A program made the position numbers and the translations under genes. This document shows, in pieces, positions 37,125-49,576 of a stretch of DNA of 64,000 nt; the stretch's first letter is position 1, and every line of letters starts with the position of its first letter. The DNA comes from Eledone cirrhosa (taxonomy: Eukaryota), in contig OZ024740.1 in assembly GCA_964016885.1 (NCBI GenBank), forward strand, positions 204,972,001 to 205,036,000, in the 5' to 3' direction. Under the pieces are notes generated by a model. It did no database searches. It was given only the letters and a program-made list of their open reading frames with translations, and was not told where the DNA came from.

Positions 37125-37334
37125 CTAAAAAGTAAAAAATGAAGTAAATTAATTTAGATTAATCTTTGTATTGTCTATACAAAATAAACACCACAGCATC
37201 ACAATACATAATAAGCAATATAGCAACCTAAAGATTCAATTGTTTTGGGCAGTTAACTAACCCATAGGGCTCTTTTACCATGTAGTCAAAAAGGCCACAG
37301 TGCAAACTCTCAGTAGTTCAATCCAATTAATTAA

Positions 37335-37527
37335 CCCGTTAGCATTTAAACTGGGTAGAATTCGCCCAGAATTCCCTCACCACTTTCTGTTAAAGCCGGT
37401 TGTAACCAGCCGGTCAGTGATATTAAGGTATTGTTCTCAAAATTACTAACATCAAAACCTTGTAGATTCGATAGTGTGTGAGCAAAAATACAATAGTATA
37501 TATAGATTAATGTAAATGGTAAATGGG
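37335..37527. mobile_element. piggyBac MITE family A
   Basis: TTAA|CCCGTTAGCATTT...AAATGGTAAATGGG|TTAA. Confidence 0.8.
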
Positions 37528-37846
37528 TTAAGGAAGATCTATGAAATTATATTTCATTATTAAGATATCTGCAACAGAAAAGATTAGCATTGCCTCTTAT
37601 GATGTTGCGTCTCATAGGCTTCCTGGGTGTTAAGGGCTGCAGTCATTATCCTGAAAAGCAACATAAAATAAAGCATCTTACACAAGAACACAACACACTG
37701 CCCAGTTCAAGAATTGAACCCACCCTAATTACTATGTCACCCCGTCTCATAGAAACAGGTGGTTTTGAGCCTGATATCACAAGGTTTAAAAATAGCTTTC
37801 TACTGTACCAGAGGTGAATTGTTAGAAATATGAAATGATTACTCAC

Positions 37847-37978
37847 TTTTTTGTCTTTTGTTAAACGTATTTCTCCAACTTTATAGGACATTTCCGGTAC
37901 CTGTCGTTCTAAAGCATTTAACAGATAGCCTGGAGAACGTATTTCTGTATTGGTCCGCAACACGAAAGAAACATAGCC
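37847..37978 (-). CDS. DDX21: DDX21-like exon, GUCT domain (GYVSFVLRTNTEIRSPGY...RLTKDKK)
   Basis: AG acceptor and GTGAGT donor; 132 nt, phase 0-0. Confidence 0.9.
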
Positions 37979-38422
37979 CTAAATAGAAAAAATTAAATAA
38001 GACACATTACCATCAAAATAGAAACACATACAAAGGCAACAGCATGATCACCATTTAAGATCTGTTTTTCCTGCTAGCAAAGGTTAGATGGGCTGTCTGT
38101 CATAAACATGTACTTAATCAGAGCTAATGAGTTCTGAGATGAGCTGGGGACTGCACCTCACATACATCTCTTGGTTTATTTCATCATGGCAGTAACTTAT
38201 GTTAGTGTCCTTTACTATATCATCATCATCATCATCATTTTATGTCCGCTCTTCCCTGCTTTCATTCTGTACATGTTAATACAACGCTGGGCCCTGTGAA
38301 CTACAAGGCACAGGTCAACCTGAGGCTATGGTAAATGACACTTGTCCAAGATACTACACAATGGGATTGAACCAAAGACCTAATGATTATGAAGTAACCT
38401 CTTCACCATTTGGCCAGTCTTT

Positions 38423-38423
<1 letters not shown>

Positions 38424-38502
<79 letters not shown>

Positions 38503-38516
38503 TAGAGAGATAGAGA

Positions 38517-38556
<40 letters not shown>
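38424..38556. repeat. (GA)n microsatellite
   Basis: Direct reading. Confidence 0.97.
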
Positions 38557-38580
38557 AAATGTCCTTTTAAAATATCTCAC

Positions 38581-38740
38581 CTCTTTAGAACTTAAAAGTG
38601 ACCGAGAAATAATTTTTGTACTTTTAGAAATAACAGCAAGTGCAGCTGCAAGAGCATTCTCAGCTCCTCGTTCTTCAATAAGAATATTGGCAGATTCTCT
38701 GAAATAATCTAATGTCTCATCTGGAACATTATCTAAAGAC
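38581..38740 (-). CDS. DDX21: DDX21-like exon (SLDNVPDETLDYFRESA...ALAAALAVISK...RSLLSSKE), dimerisation-type region
   Basis: AG acceptor and GTGAG donor; ALAAALA and RSLL motifs of the DDX21 family; phase 2-0. Confidence 0.93.
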
Positions 38741-39125
38741 CTACAAAAGAAACAAGAAAAACAATCAGCACTAATTGATATTTTTCAGAAGAAAATGAAT
38801 TTATAAAAGTTCAATATTCACTTTGTTATTGTAGCTTTTAATCCATTTGTTACAAACATTTCTAATGGAATATAGTGGCTCTGGTTTTCAAATAATTTTG
38901 AAAGATTTAGTAATATAGCTATCTTTCTGAAGTATAGTTAAACAAATGGCTCTCATTTGTATCACAAGCATTAAACCCACTAATATAAACCTAAAGCTGT
39001 AGGAGCAAACTTGATCATCTCACAACTGGCTTGTTAACTATTGGTAGAATACACTATAAAAAACACAGCTTACTTTTTTAAAATTCAGTTGATTAACCCA
39101 ATTACTTGTCTATTATTTCCCTTAA

Positions 39126-41720
39126 CCCTTTCGTTACCAAACCGGCCAAAAAAATTTTGGGATCATGTGACCAAGACGCCCGCCCGTACTCACACATTCA
39201 TATTTAAATGAGGATATCAGAGCAAATCTCGTTAGTACATTCGTGAAAACACATGATTATACTTTGTAAACAATTGAGCTACAGTTTTGGACAATGATCG
39301 ACGTGTTATTTTAATTCTGTGAATTTTGGGAGATTTTTTTCCAAATTTGTTCCTGTTGTGTTTTGAAAATTTGTAATTCTGATAAAAAATGGATACCAAT
39401 TTCATTCTGTCAAGCAGCGAGTCAGAATTCGAAGGATTTTCCACTGAAGACCTTGAAAAATTTAACTCTATAACTGAAAAAAAAAAAAAAAAGCACGTGG
39501 TATTTGATAATGAATCCGATGTTTCATTTTCCGAAAGTGAAAACAGTGAATCCGAGAGCTCCGATGACAGCGATAAAGAAAATGAATTGGCACCTGAATG
39601 GAGCAAAAATTTAAAAACTTTCTTTCAGTGATTTTTGTGAAGAAACTGGACCAAGTCACAGTCTATCCCAGGAGAGCAAAGCTTTAGACTATTTCCTTTT
39701 ACTTTTTCCTATGAGCTTGTTTGAAATCATTACGGCGGAAAGAAACCGTTACGCTGAAAGTAAACAAAGCGAAAAAAAGGATAGTTTGTGGTTTCCCACA
39801 AACTTAAATGAAATTAGAGCTTATTTTGCCATACATATTATTATGGGCATTAGAAAGCTACCCAGAATTACAAATTACTGGAGTAGCGATGAACCCTTTG
39901 TAGACGAATATGTCTCAAGTATAATGACGAGGACACGGTTTTTAAAATTGACGCAATATTTACATGTAAGAGACACGAGCAGTACACCAGTACGTGAAGA
40001 ACCAAACTATGATCCCTTATTTAAAATAAGACCCCTCATTGATTGTGTTCAAAACACATATAACACAGCTTACAAACCAGGGAGATATTTATCTATCGAT
40101 GAAGGAATGGTGGGCTATAAAGGCCGAGTGCGTTTTCGACAATATATGCCAGGAAAGCCCACAAAATGGGGGATCAAAGTTTGGAAGATTTGCGAATCGA
40201 ATACTGGGTACTGCTCTGGATTTGAATTTTTTACTGGCAAAAGAGACAATTATGTAAGTCAGCATGGCCTAGGGTATGATGTGGTCTGGAATTTATCACT
40301 TCCATACCATAACCAGGGCCGTATATTATTTTTTGACCGGTTTTTCAGTTCGGTCAAACTTGCGGTGAATTTAGATACTGTGGCAACACATACATGTGCT
40401 ACAGTGATCACTAGTATAAAAGGACTGCCGTTGGGTATAAAAAAAGCACAATTAAAAAAAAAAGTGAAATAATTCAACGGCAGAAAGGAAATTTGCTAGC
40501 GACCACATACAGAGATAAGAGGCAGATCAATTTTCTGTCTACCTGTGCACGGCCACATGTGGATGAAAATGGCACCCCATTTGTGAATCTCAATTATAAC
40601 AGGTACATGGGTGGTGTAGATCGGATGAATCAGATGATGTCTTATTATTCAGTTGGCAGACCGGGGAGTAAATGGTGGCGATACCTGGTTTGGTATATAG
40701 TAAATATGAGTATTACTAATGCGTTTTACTATATACCAAATCGGGACCGGCTCGAAAGCGATGCGACCATCTGCAGTTCTGAGCAGATATAGCAACACAA
40801 TTAAGAGCTGATTATTCCTAAAAAAAAATAACTGTAGGGAGAAAAAACAAAGCCTGCCAGAGAGATATCCCTCTGAATTCAACCGATCTCCATAAATTAG
40901 AAAAAAAAGAAAAAAATATCGAGGGTCGCAAAAAGCAGTGTTGTGAATGACTTCATCAAAAAAGTAAAGCTCCTAGTGGAAGGTCTGTTGAAACAACTTT
41001 CCAATGTGCATTCTGCAAGGTTGCATTATGTAGAGCAGGGTGCTTTACAAGTTTTCATGACAGGAATATTGTTTGATTTGTATATATGTGTGAATCTATT
41101 TTTTTAATATTTTCAAATTTACTTCGTTTTTCTTTTTCTTTTTCTTTATGTGTAATTTTAATTTACCTTTAAGGTGAGTGACGAGTTTTGATTAATTTCT
41201 TTTTTAAATCATTATTGTATATTTCTGCGTATCTATGTATGTGGGAGAGCTTATTTAATCTAGTTGATGGTGTGTGTGTATTTTGTTTTCTAGTTTTCTT
41301 CACAGACAAATTCCAGTCTTTCGTTTTATTTATACCTTTATGGTACACCCGCCTTTTGTGTGTTTAAATTCACCTGATAAATCCAGTAATGTGCACAACT
41401 CTTCTATAGTAAAATTTTGTTGTATACCCAATTGAATATTAGCTAATAACCCATTTTCTATAGCGATGTTTGAACAAAATTTTAATAATTTCATATTTTG
41501 TTGAATTTACCTGTAATTAGAGTCACTTTGAGACAAAAATTATGGAATAGAATTGGTTGAGAACCTTTCGTTAAATTTTCTTCCCAAAAACACATTAATA
41601 TGTTGATAAATAAAAAAGTTAGAGTTGTTTAATGAAACCAGACTAAATTTATGATTATGTTAGAAACTAATTGAAACACATAAGGGGTGTATTTTTGTTA
41701 GAAATATGGTAATGAAAGGG
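39126..41720 (+). mobile_element. Full-length piggyBac element with a frameshifted PGBD4-like transposase (39389-41076)
   Basis: TTAA|CCCTTTCGTTACCA ... TGGTAATGAAAGGG|TTAA. Motifs SIDEGM, FDRFFSS, MGGVDRM and Cys-rich C-terminus ending HDRNIV. At least 3 frame breaks. Confidence 0.93.
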
Positions 41721-42326
41721 TTAATCTTTTAAAAATATCTAAACCTACATTACAAAAATAAACCTTACAATATAAACAAGCATTTTAAATCCAACTTCGC
41801 TTCTAAAGTAGGGGTTAGACTTGCAAACCTCGTGGTAAACTCCATATTCACCAGAGGGTCTCTTAAGCGGTAATGTTTTACAGCTGGATGCCATTCTTGG
41901 CACCAACTCCTTTGGCACATGTAGAGATAATGTTGTTGTTGCTGCTATCGCCCATAGTTATATGCAGGTTTAGCTCATCAACTACAACACTGCATTTAAT
42001 AGGAGTCTTCTTCAGTGTTTTAATGAAACGGGGACACTAGTCATATCATGAAAAGACCCCCCCGACAGTATGTTGCAGGGGTAAACCCCAGCTGCTGCTG
42101 GTATTGAGTGAAATGAAGCATCTAGCTTAAGGACATGATGCCAAATCTAAGACATAATTTCAAGTCCAACACTAGCCCACCCACATGAGACACCTTGTAT
42201 CTCTTCATCCACTAGTTTACCTGTATACGAAACCATGTAGCTATTCAACCACAAGGCCACCCATGTGGGATAGTGCACCTATTCCAAACCAGATACACAC
42301 AGAAAAGAAAAAAAACTTAACCTTAC

Positions 42327-42400
42327 CTGGCAGCATCTTTAGCATATGTTTTAATGATATCTCCTGTTGTGGGGGGACCAATTCGCTTAAAATTTACACC
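42327..42400 (-). CDS. DDX21: DDX21-like exon (GVNFKRIGPPTTGDIIKTYAKDAAR)
   Basis: AG acceptor and GTAAG donor; 74 nt, phase 0-2. Confidence 0.92.
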
Positions 42401-42770
42401 CTACAAAATAATGATATTTAATAAAAACAAAACAGAATAGCTATGCCAAATACATTCAATATATATCTGTGGATACACTATTTTTGTTTTACTTGTCTCA
42501 GTCATTGAAATGTGGCCATCCAGGGGACAGTCTTTCAGAAAGTTGATCATAAAACCTGTATATACCAGTCTCGTACATATTTTAGCAAACTACTATGTTA
42601 TCACCATTGGTTTGGCTGAATGGTTAAAAAATGTCTTTCACAATGATGAGGTCTTTAGCGTAATCCCAGTGTGTGACATCTTGAGTAATTGTCATTAACT
42701 AGCAAAGCCTTGTTTCAATCCAAGTGTTGAGAGGGAAATCAGGTAAGCAGAGATTGTACCTGAAATTTAA

Positions 42771-45337
42771 CCCTTTAGCATTCACATTGAATTGTCAAAT
42801 GTCATGTTCATCTATTCGCATTATTTTCACTTAATTATACTCAAGAGGGTTATCAATTTTATTTGTTTCTAATTACTTTAATTTTCTATGTGCAGACTTG
42901 AAATTTTGTCAGTAGACGTTTAAAGAACTATAATTTACAATTATATAATTTTACCTGATTTTTTTTTGTTAAATTTGACTTTTATGGGCAGGTAAAATTA
43001 ATTAACAGGTGTAAAAGTAATAACTTTATGGATAAACACAAAAATTTAAACTTTATCTGCCTTACCTGTTAGATTTGTTGCAAAAAAATCCAATAATGAT
43101 CTAGATGCTGATTTCCATCAATTCTAGCAGTTTTCCGAACAGGTGAATTAATTAAAAATGCAGGTGTAATCAGTACAATGTTTTAGTCTTTCTCTACATT
43201 CCAGGCAAATATTTTCATTGAAAAAAATGTATAAAACCTTTTCACCAGTCAAAATAATATTGGCAATGTACTCTTACACAATGTACGGTGTAAAATTACG
43301 TAACAGAATGTTCCCAATATATAAGTTCATTAACAGGTGTGATGCAGGTGTGTCACAGGTGAATGCAGGTGTTTTTGTATATGTGTGCTAATATATTTTT
43401 AAAATAGTGTTTTCAATATTGTTAGACAATATTTCGATCGTGATACTGCCCAAAGCACCCTTTACATAAGGGCACTTTGCAAAAGGAACACATAAATAGG
43501 GTTTGGATTGCGTAACCTTTAACAGTTTTTCTCTTTTGCAAAGAGCACAATCGGCAAACCTTCCTCCTACCATCAATTCTCTCCACTTTATGAAAATCAA
43601 TATTTTCTTTGTGGACCACTGCTAATTTTGATTTTTTCCCAGCTTTGTGTTTGCGAGAAGTATATCCCCCACGTAGCTGGGATGCAATGTCCACGCGAAA
43701 TTTCATGTGGCAGTAGTCCTTTGGTGGTGGCGGATCCTTGTGGCTTTTAGTAAATACAATATAAGAATTTACAATGGTTAAATTCACTAAAAACCACAAG
43801 ATGTATCTCCACCATTTCTTTCCAGGGCGTCCAACTGGGTAATACGCGCAATATTGGTCGGATTTGTCAACCCCACCCATATATTTATTATAGGAGAGGT
43901 TAACTAAAGGTCTACCCTCAGCCCCAACACCTGGTTGTTGGTTAGAACTCAGGAACAAAATTTGCCGTTTGTCTTTGAACACTGTGGCTAACATGTTCTC
44001 TTTTTGCATTTGGAGAATGTCTCCTCTGTTTTTTAGTTTTGCAACTTTTATTTCTTGGGGTAGTCCTTTCCGATTGCTCATTATTGTGCCGCAGGTGTAC
44101 GTATTTACAAGGGCAAGATCCTCTGCTAAAAGCACCGAAGAAAAAAAACGGTCATAATAAATGTGTCTGTGTTGAAAGTGGAAGGGTTGAGTCAGCGACC
44201 ACACAACATCGTAACCCAACCCGTGCTTTCTCTCTCCGTTAAGTTTTTTTCCTGTGTAAACATCAAAGTTTACACAGTATCCCGTGTCCGATTCACACAG
44301 TTCCCACACTTTGATGCCCCATTTGGTGGGTTTAGCTGGCATATACTGTCTGAAATGAACCCTACCCTTATATCCAATCATAGCTTCATCAACACTAAGA
44401 TTTTTTCCAGGTAAATACATACTTTTAAATTTTTCCGTCAACATTTCAATTAATGGTCGTACTTTGTACAGTGGGTCGTAATTCGATTCATTTCTACCAG
44501 GGGCATTTGTAGTATCAACCAGATGCAAATACTGGTTTAATTTTATAAATCTCGTTTTGGCCATAATACTAGATATATAAGGGTCACCAAACCTTATATC
44601 AGTACTCCAATAATTCCACAGTCGTGGAAATTGTTTAATACCAAACATAATGTTTATGGTAAAAAACGCTTTCATTTCGGCAGAATCTGTCGGACGCCAT
44701 AACAGATCGGGTTTTCCTCGATTAGAAATCTGTTGTTGTGCATAGCGATTTGTCTCCTCTGCCACAACTTCGAAGAAAGTTTGTGGTAGAAATAAAAAAA
44801 AATAATCCAGAGCTTTAGCATCGGGTGGTAATGTGTGTTGTGGTCCAGAATTTTCATTAAAATCCGAAACATGTATCGGTGTTGTTTTTTTCAACCACGT
44901 TGGTGTTTTTTCAATGGTGTCAGATATCTCTTCGCTTTCACTTTCAAAGTGACTATCATCATCATCAGATATATCTGAAATAAATATATCTGATTCATTT
45001 GAAGATAAATCACTGATATTATCTTCTGTTTCTTTGTTATCTTGAATGTCGTAGGATGTGAAACCTTCAAAATCGTTGTCGCTGCTTTCGGAAGCCATGT
45101 TACAATTTCAAAGTTAAAAACACGTGTTATCACAAGGTCTTTAACTATACTAAGAGTTAATTTTCGCGCGTAAGGGCTTTATCTCGCTGTAATCTCGAAT
45201 TGACGAGATTTTGATGATGTCAATGTTTATTTTTAGAAGGATATCTACGAGTGGTCTGAAATGTCGGTTTTTGTCGGTTTGAATAAATGAAAGGGGACAT
45301 AATTTTGTCGGTTTTTGTCGCTTTGAACGCTAAAGGG
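42771..45337 (-). mobile_element. Apparently intact autonomous piggyBac transposon (2567 bp)
   Basis: TTAA TSDs at 42767-42770 and 45338-45341. TIRs CCCTTTAGCATTCACA / CCCTTTAGCGTTCAAA. Uninterrupted transposase ORF. Confidence 0.95.
43422..45098 (-). CDS. piggyBac transposase (PGBD4-like, DDE_Tnp_1_7), 558 aa
   Basis: Acidic N-terminus. Catalytic Asp in LSVDEAM, YYDRFFSS and MGGVDKSDQ. KPTKWGIKVW motif. C-terminal Cys-rich domain CRLC...CSFC...LC.GCF..YH. Confidence 0.95.
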   Translation of the reverse strand: MASESSDNDFEGFTSYDIQDNKETEDNISDLSSNESDIFISDISDDDDSHFESESEEISDTIEKTPTWLKKTTPIHVSDFNENSGPQHTLPPDAKALDYFFLFLPQTFFEVVAEETNRYAQQQISNRGKPDLLWRPTDSAEMKAFFTINIMFGIKQFPRLWNYWSTDIRFGDPYISSIMAKTRFIKLNQYLHLVDTTNAPGRNESNYDPLYKVRPLIEMLTEKFKSMYLPGKNLSVDEAMIGYKGRVHFRQYMPAKPTKWGIKVWELCESDTGYCVNFDVYTGKKLNGERKHGLGYDVVWSLTQPFHFQHRHIYYDRFFSSVLLAEDLALVNTYTCGTIMSNRKGLPQEIKVAKLKNRGDILQMQKENMLATVFKDKRQILFLSSNQQPGVGAEGRPLVNLSYNKYMGGVDKSDQYCAYYPVGRPGKKWWRYILWFLVNLTIVNSYIVFTKSHKDPPPPKDYCHMKFRVDIASQLRGGYTSRKHKAGKKSKLAVVHKENIDFHKVERIDGRRKVCRLCSLQKRKTVKGYAIQTLFMCSFCKVPLCKGCFGQYHDRNIV

Positions 45338-45935
45338 TTAAAGGCCCAGCTTTATTACACACTGTGATATACTAATAACAGGAATTACGTTAAGGGTACA
45401 CAAGCCTGTAAAACACTTACACATTAATCCACAAGTTGGACATCAAGTTGATTTAACAATTGAATGCTTATCATAGAAACCGAGGAAGCATCCATCTTCA
45501 CTAATAATGCTTCTGGACACATCAATTTACACTGGTAAATACTTGTCCTAGGCCTGAGACTAGTGAGAAAAAGTTATCTAAGATTAGGAAACCAAGCTTG
45601 AATGCTTGCACTCATGGACCAGTGGGTGGTGTTACACTGGACAAAGTCAACTGTGTGTAAGTGTACATGAACACATTATTTAATGCCTATTTTCTCTGCT
45701 AGCAAGAGTTCAACGACCTGTCACATACAAAGCCAATACCTAATTGATGCTACTGACTCCTCAGACAAGCTGGGATGTCCATGATTGGAAGACCTTAGTA
45801 CCAGCCACTTTACAGACTGTACTGGGTGCGTTTATTGTGTCACCAGCACTAGAGTGGCTCTCATGCCCATGACACAACCGAAGAGTCCTTCCTCAAACAA
45901 ACCACTTTACAGGGTGTACTGAATACATTTCTTGT

Positions 45936-45975
<40 letters not shown>

Positions 45976-46036
45976 AAATCAGAAAATAATCTAAATAATT
46001 TGATAATTAAAGGAATGAAATTATAAAATAACTCAC

Positions 46037-46261
46037 AGCTCTTCGCTCCACTTGTATAAGGTCACTTTCTTGGCGTGGTGAATAAAATAATACACTTATC
46101 CCTGAACGACCAGCACGCCCCGTTCTTCCAGAGCGATGTATATAGGCATCTGCGTCTCTTGGTGGACTACACTGCACAACTAAATCAACTTCAGGTATAT
46201 CTAAACCTCTGGCAGCAACATCAGTTGTTAAAAGAACTTTGTACTTACTCTCACGGAAACT
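46037..46261 (-). CDS. DDX21: DDX21-like exon with motifs V and VI ([13 protein letters not shown]; [12 protein letters not shown])
   Basis: AG acceptor and GTGAGT donor; 225 nt, phase 0-0. Confidence 0.97.
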
Positions 46262-47595
46262 CTGAACAACAATAATAATAATAATAGAAATAAAAGATTT
46301 AGGAGTGGTGAAAAGTTAGAGTAAAATAATACTGAACAAAGAACTTATCCATGAATATTGGAGCATAAAAAATAAAACTTTTGTCAAAAATACAAGGTTA
46401 ACTCTTATCCTACAATGATTCAGGAGAAACAGGTTTGTCAATTTATATGTTTATAGCATCTTTACCAATGGATGAATTGTTCTGAAGATTTTGCAGTATT
46501 AGGGGCATTAATTTTTCATGTGATTCATTCAGTGTTGTTTTGCTAATGTGGGACAGGATGTTAAGAGTTAACATAATTGCACCAATTGTGAATTAAACAT
46601 TACAAACTGAATAATTCGAAAATTGTAATGAATTATATTTAACACTTTCGTTACTATATTTCTAATGAAACATTCTGTCTATAATATTCAAATCAAGAAT
46701 TTAGCAAGTATATTCTTATGACACACAGCAATACAGTGTACATATTCTAAAACAGAGGCCCTCTTCCCAGTCAAGTAAGATTGATGTTAAGTGTGAACAT
46801 CAACAACGAGTATAGAATCTTGTTCAAGAGATATTCATTCCCTGGCTATTGCTGAAAGTTAGGGATGGAATTCCACGAGGATAGTTTGATCAGATGTAAA
46901 GTACTCACCAATTACACTTTAAAAATCTACTGAAGAAAATTGAAGATTAACTTTATCTTGTATTTCATAGAACACACTGTGTTTTTATTAAATATTGAAC
47001 AGGCATTCTGACACAGAATATGACAATCTCTCTAGCACTGGTTCCAGAATAAAATGTACCCAGTACATTCTTTGAAGTGGTTGGCATGCAGAGCCATCCA
47101 GTCACAGAAATCATGGAATGTATGAACAAGATGAGGTCTTTCCCACATGTCTAGTCTCAAACTGTGACAACCTGTCCAAATCATGCCAACATCACAGACA
47201 GAGTCAAAATACCCTCATAGAAAATGGAAATTGATTTACATGCATGTTAGAGTCTCTGTTCCTATATTAATATCTAAGAAGAGACTGAACTATAGATTTT
47301 AAAATCCTAACCCTTTCATTAACACATTTCTAATGAAAGAGACTGCACACGATTTTCAAATAGTTAGGAAAATAATCAAGAATTTTGAAGGATTTATTAA
47401 TATAACTAAATTTCTCATTATTAAGGACATAAAATGTAAAACTATAGTGGGAGGTTTTAATTGAAATATGAAGCAGCTTATTTATTATAAGACCAAGAGT
47501 GGTTTCAGACAAGCTGGTACCAAAAGGCTTAACCCAATAGTGTTTATACCAATTGACCACATATAAATTACTATAAAATAATGAATACACCTTAC

Positions 47596-47802
47596 CTTCA
47601 GTACAAGTTCTCTCTTATCTTGAGGAATGTCACCATGCAAAACATGAGCATCTAGCTTCATAGAAGCACTGACAGCAAGCTCATCAGCCTGTTTTTTGGT
47701 TTGACAGAACACAATAGCCCGTCCATGATTACCACTGTACACTTGGATTATATCGGCAATGATACTGTTACGGTCTTGTATACTACATTTGATAGCAAGG
47801 TG
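47596..47802 (-). CDS. DDX21: DDX21-like exon with motif IV (HLAIKC...AIVFCQTKKQA...LHGDIPQDKRE)
   Basis: AG acceptor and GTAAG donor; 207 nt. Confidence 0.96.
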
Positions 47803-47917
47803 CTGAAATATAAAAAATAAATTTTTACATTTAAAAACTACACTAATAACCTAGTTGTTTGCTCCAACATTTTTGTGACACTATTTCTAACACCTAGATT
47901 TTATCTTAACTTCTTAA

Positions 47918-48101
47918 ATAATTGTTTCTACTTTTGGCACAAGGCCAGCAAATTACCCCAGCGCATGACTGGTACTTTATTTTATCGACCCCGGAAGGAT
48001 GAAAGGCAAAGTTAACCTCGGCGGGATTTGAACTCAGAATGGCAAGGGCCGTAACTCTATACGTCAAAGCATGGCGTCCGACCCACTACCGATACTGCCA
48101 A
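47918..48101 (-). mobile_element. tRNA-derived SINE family 1
   Basis: Close reverse complement of the 14271 copy. Confidence 0.9.
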
Positions 48102-48715
48102 TAAATGATGGACTCAGACGTTTGCACAAAAAATAGTCAGGTCGTGGTGTGGTTCTTGTGCCAGGTGGTGTTTTGTCCTTGAGTAAGAACATTTTATGAC
48201 ACTGAAAAAAAAAATAAGCAACAGCAGTGACTGGGAGTTAATTCTGTAACAAACTGGCATCCTGCCTAGGGAAAGTCATACCGTCACTAATAAAAACAGG
48301 ATAAGCTCTGATCTGATGAGGCTTAGGACATATTTGAGTCTGAACAAATACTGCAAGGCAGCTCACCCAACACTAACAGCTCTGCCTATCCACTGCCCTA
48401 GATTGGTACTTTATTTCATCAATTCCAGACGAATGGGAGACAATGTGGGTGTTTGAAATGCAACTCAACAAAAGGTTCTTATATAATACAATATGATGGA
48501 ACTTTTAACTACTGAAATGAACTGTTATCCTTTATATAATAAAGCATTGGTTTTAAATTTAAAAATAAACTATCTTGACTTTGTAAATTCAAAGAAGTCT
48601 AGTTATAATTATTAGATAATATAAACAACCAGCCTATCCTGAACTGCTGCCTAAATAAATAAAATTTCAACTTCTCAACAACCATAACTCAAAGTTTATA
48701 GTTTCTTTTACATAC

Positions 48716-48864
48716 CTGTACAGTTGTTGAAGTCTTTATTTGTTGCTGGCCAATCAAGTCAACTTTCTTAACATCCTTTTTCATGTATTTCTGAGCAGTT
48801 CTATAGACCCATGGTGGCATAGTAGCAGAGAAAAGTAATGTCTGTGGTTTATTGCCTTCTTCCT
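48716..48864 (-). CDS. DDX21: DDX21-like exon with motif III (PQTLLFSATMPPWV)
   Basis: AG acceptor and GTATG donor; 149 nt, phase 1-0. Confidence 0.96.
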
Positions 48865-49576
48865 CTAGTGAATTACAAACAAATCAGTGAATATATATAC
48901 CATTCAATCACAGTAAGGTTAAATAAGTTATACATTTTAGAATTTATTTCTTAACACAGAAAGTTGTGAATATAAAATGCATGCAGTAAACCTAACAAGC
49001 AAGAGCTGTATTAAACATCTTCAAAGGTTTAAAAGAAATTCAGACAATTCATGTGTTTATAAAAATAATTAAGATAAGGTTTCAAGGTTCAGTCCCACTG
49101 TATGGCACCTGGGAATGTATTTTTCTACTATATCCCAAGGACAACCAATGTCTTGCGAGTGAATTTGGTAGACAAAAATAGGAGGAACATCAGTGACTTA
49201 TACACATTTTGTGTCTCAATTTATTCTAAAGTTTCTGGAGGATTGTATTATTAGAGAAATATCATCATCATCATTGTGTTTTCACGTTTACACAGGGTTG
49301 AGCTAGAAATCTTTGATACCAATACAAATTTGTAAGTATGGTATCTGCCATTGACGTCAGTTGAATCAATACAAAGCTGGATGCATTATGGGGACACACA
49401 ACTGCCATGCAACTCCACTCCATATACTTACAATCTTTATATTTTCAGTCCATGGTGCCATGCAATAGGACCAAACCAAGCACAACTTGGTTTCAAAGCA
49501 AACTACTTAATCACATATACATTCCTGCGTCTGTTTAATAAAAACAGGAGGGTTTACTGAAAGTTATTTAAACAGC

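Noticed and set aside
45098-46037. In-frame DDX21-piggyBac fusion protein by alternative splicing (CSB-PGBD3-like)
   Set aside because: The element is in the sense orientation, but an in-frame TGA lies 10-12 nt upstream of the transposase ATG with no AG between them. The first AGs after the ATG are in phase 2 while the upstream host exon ends in phase 0. No supporting acceptor was seen, though RNA-seq could still reveal a cryptic one.
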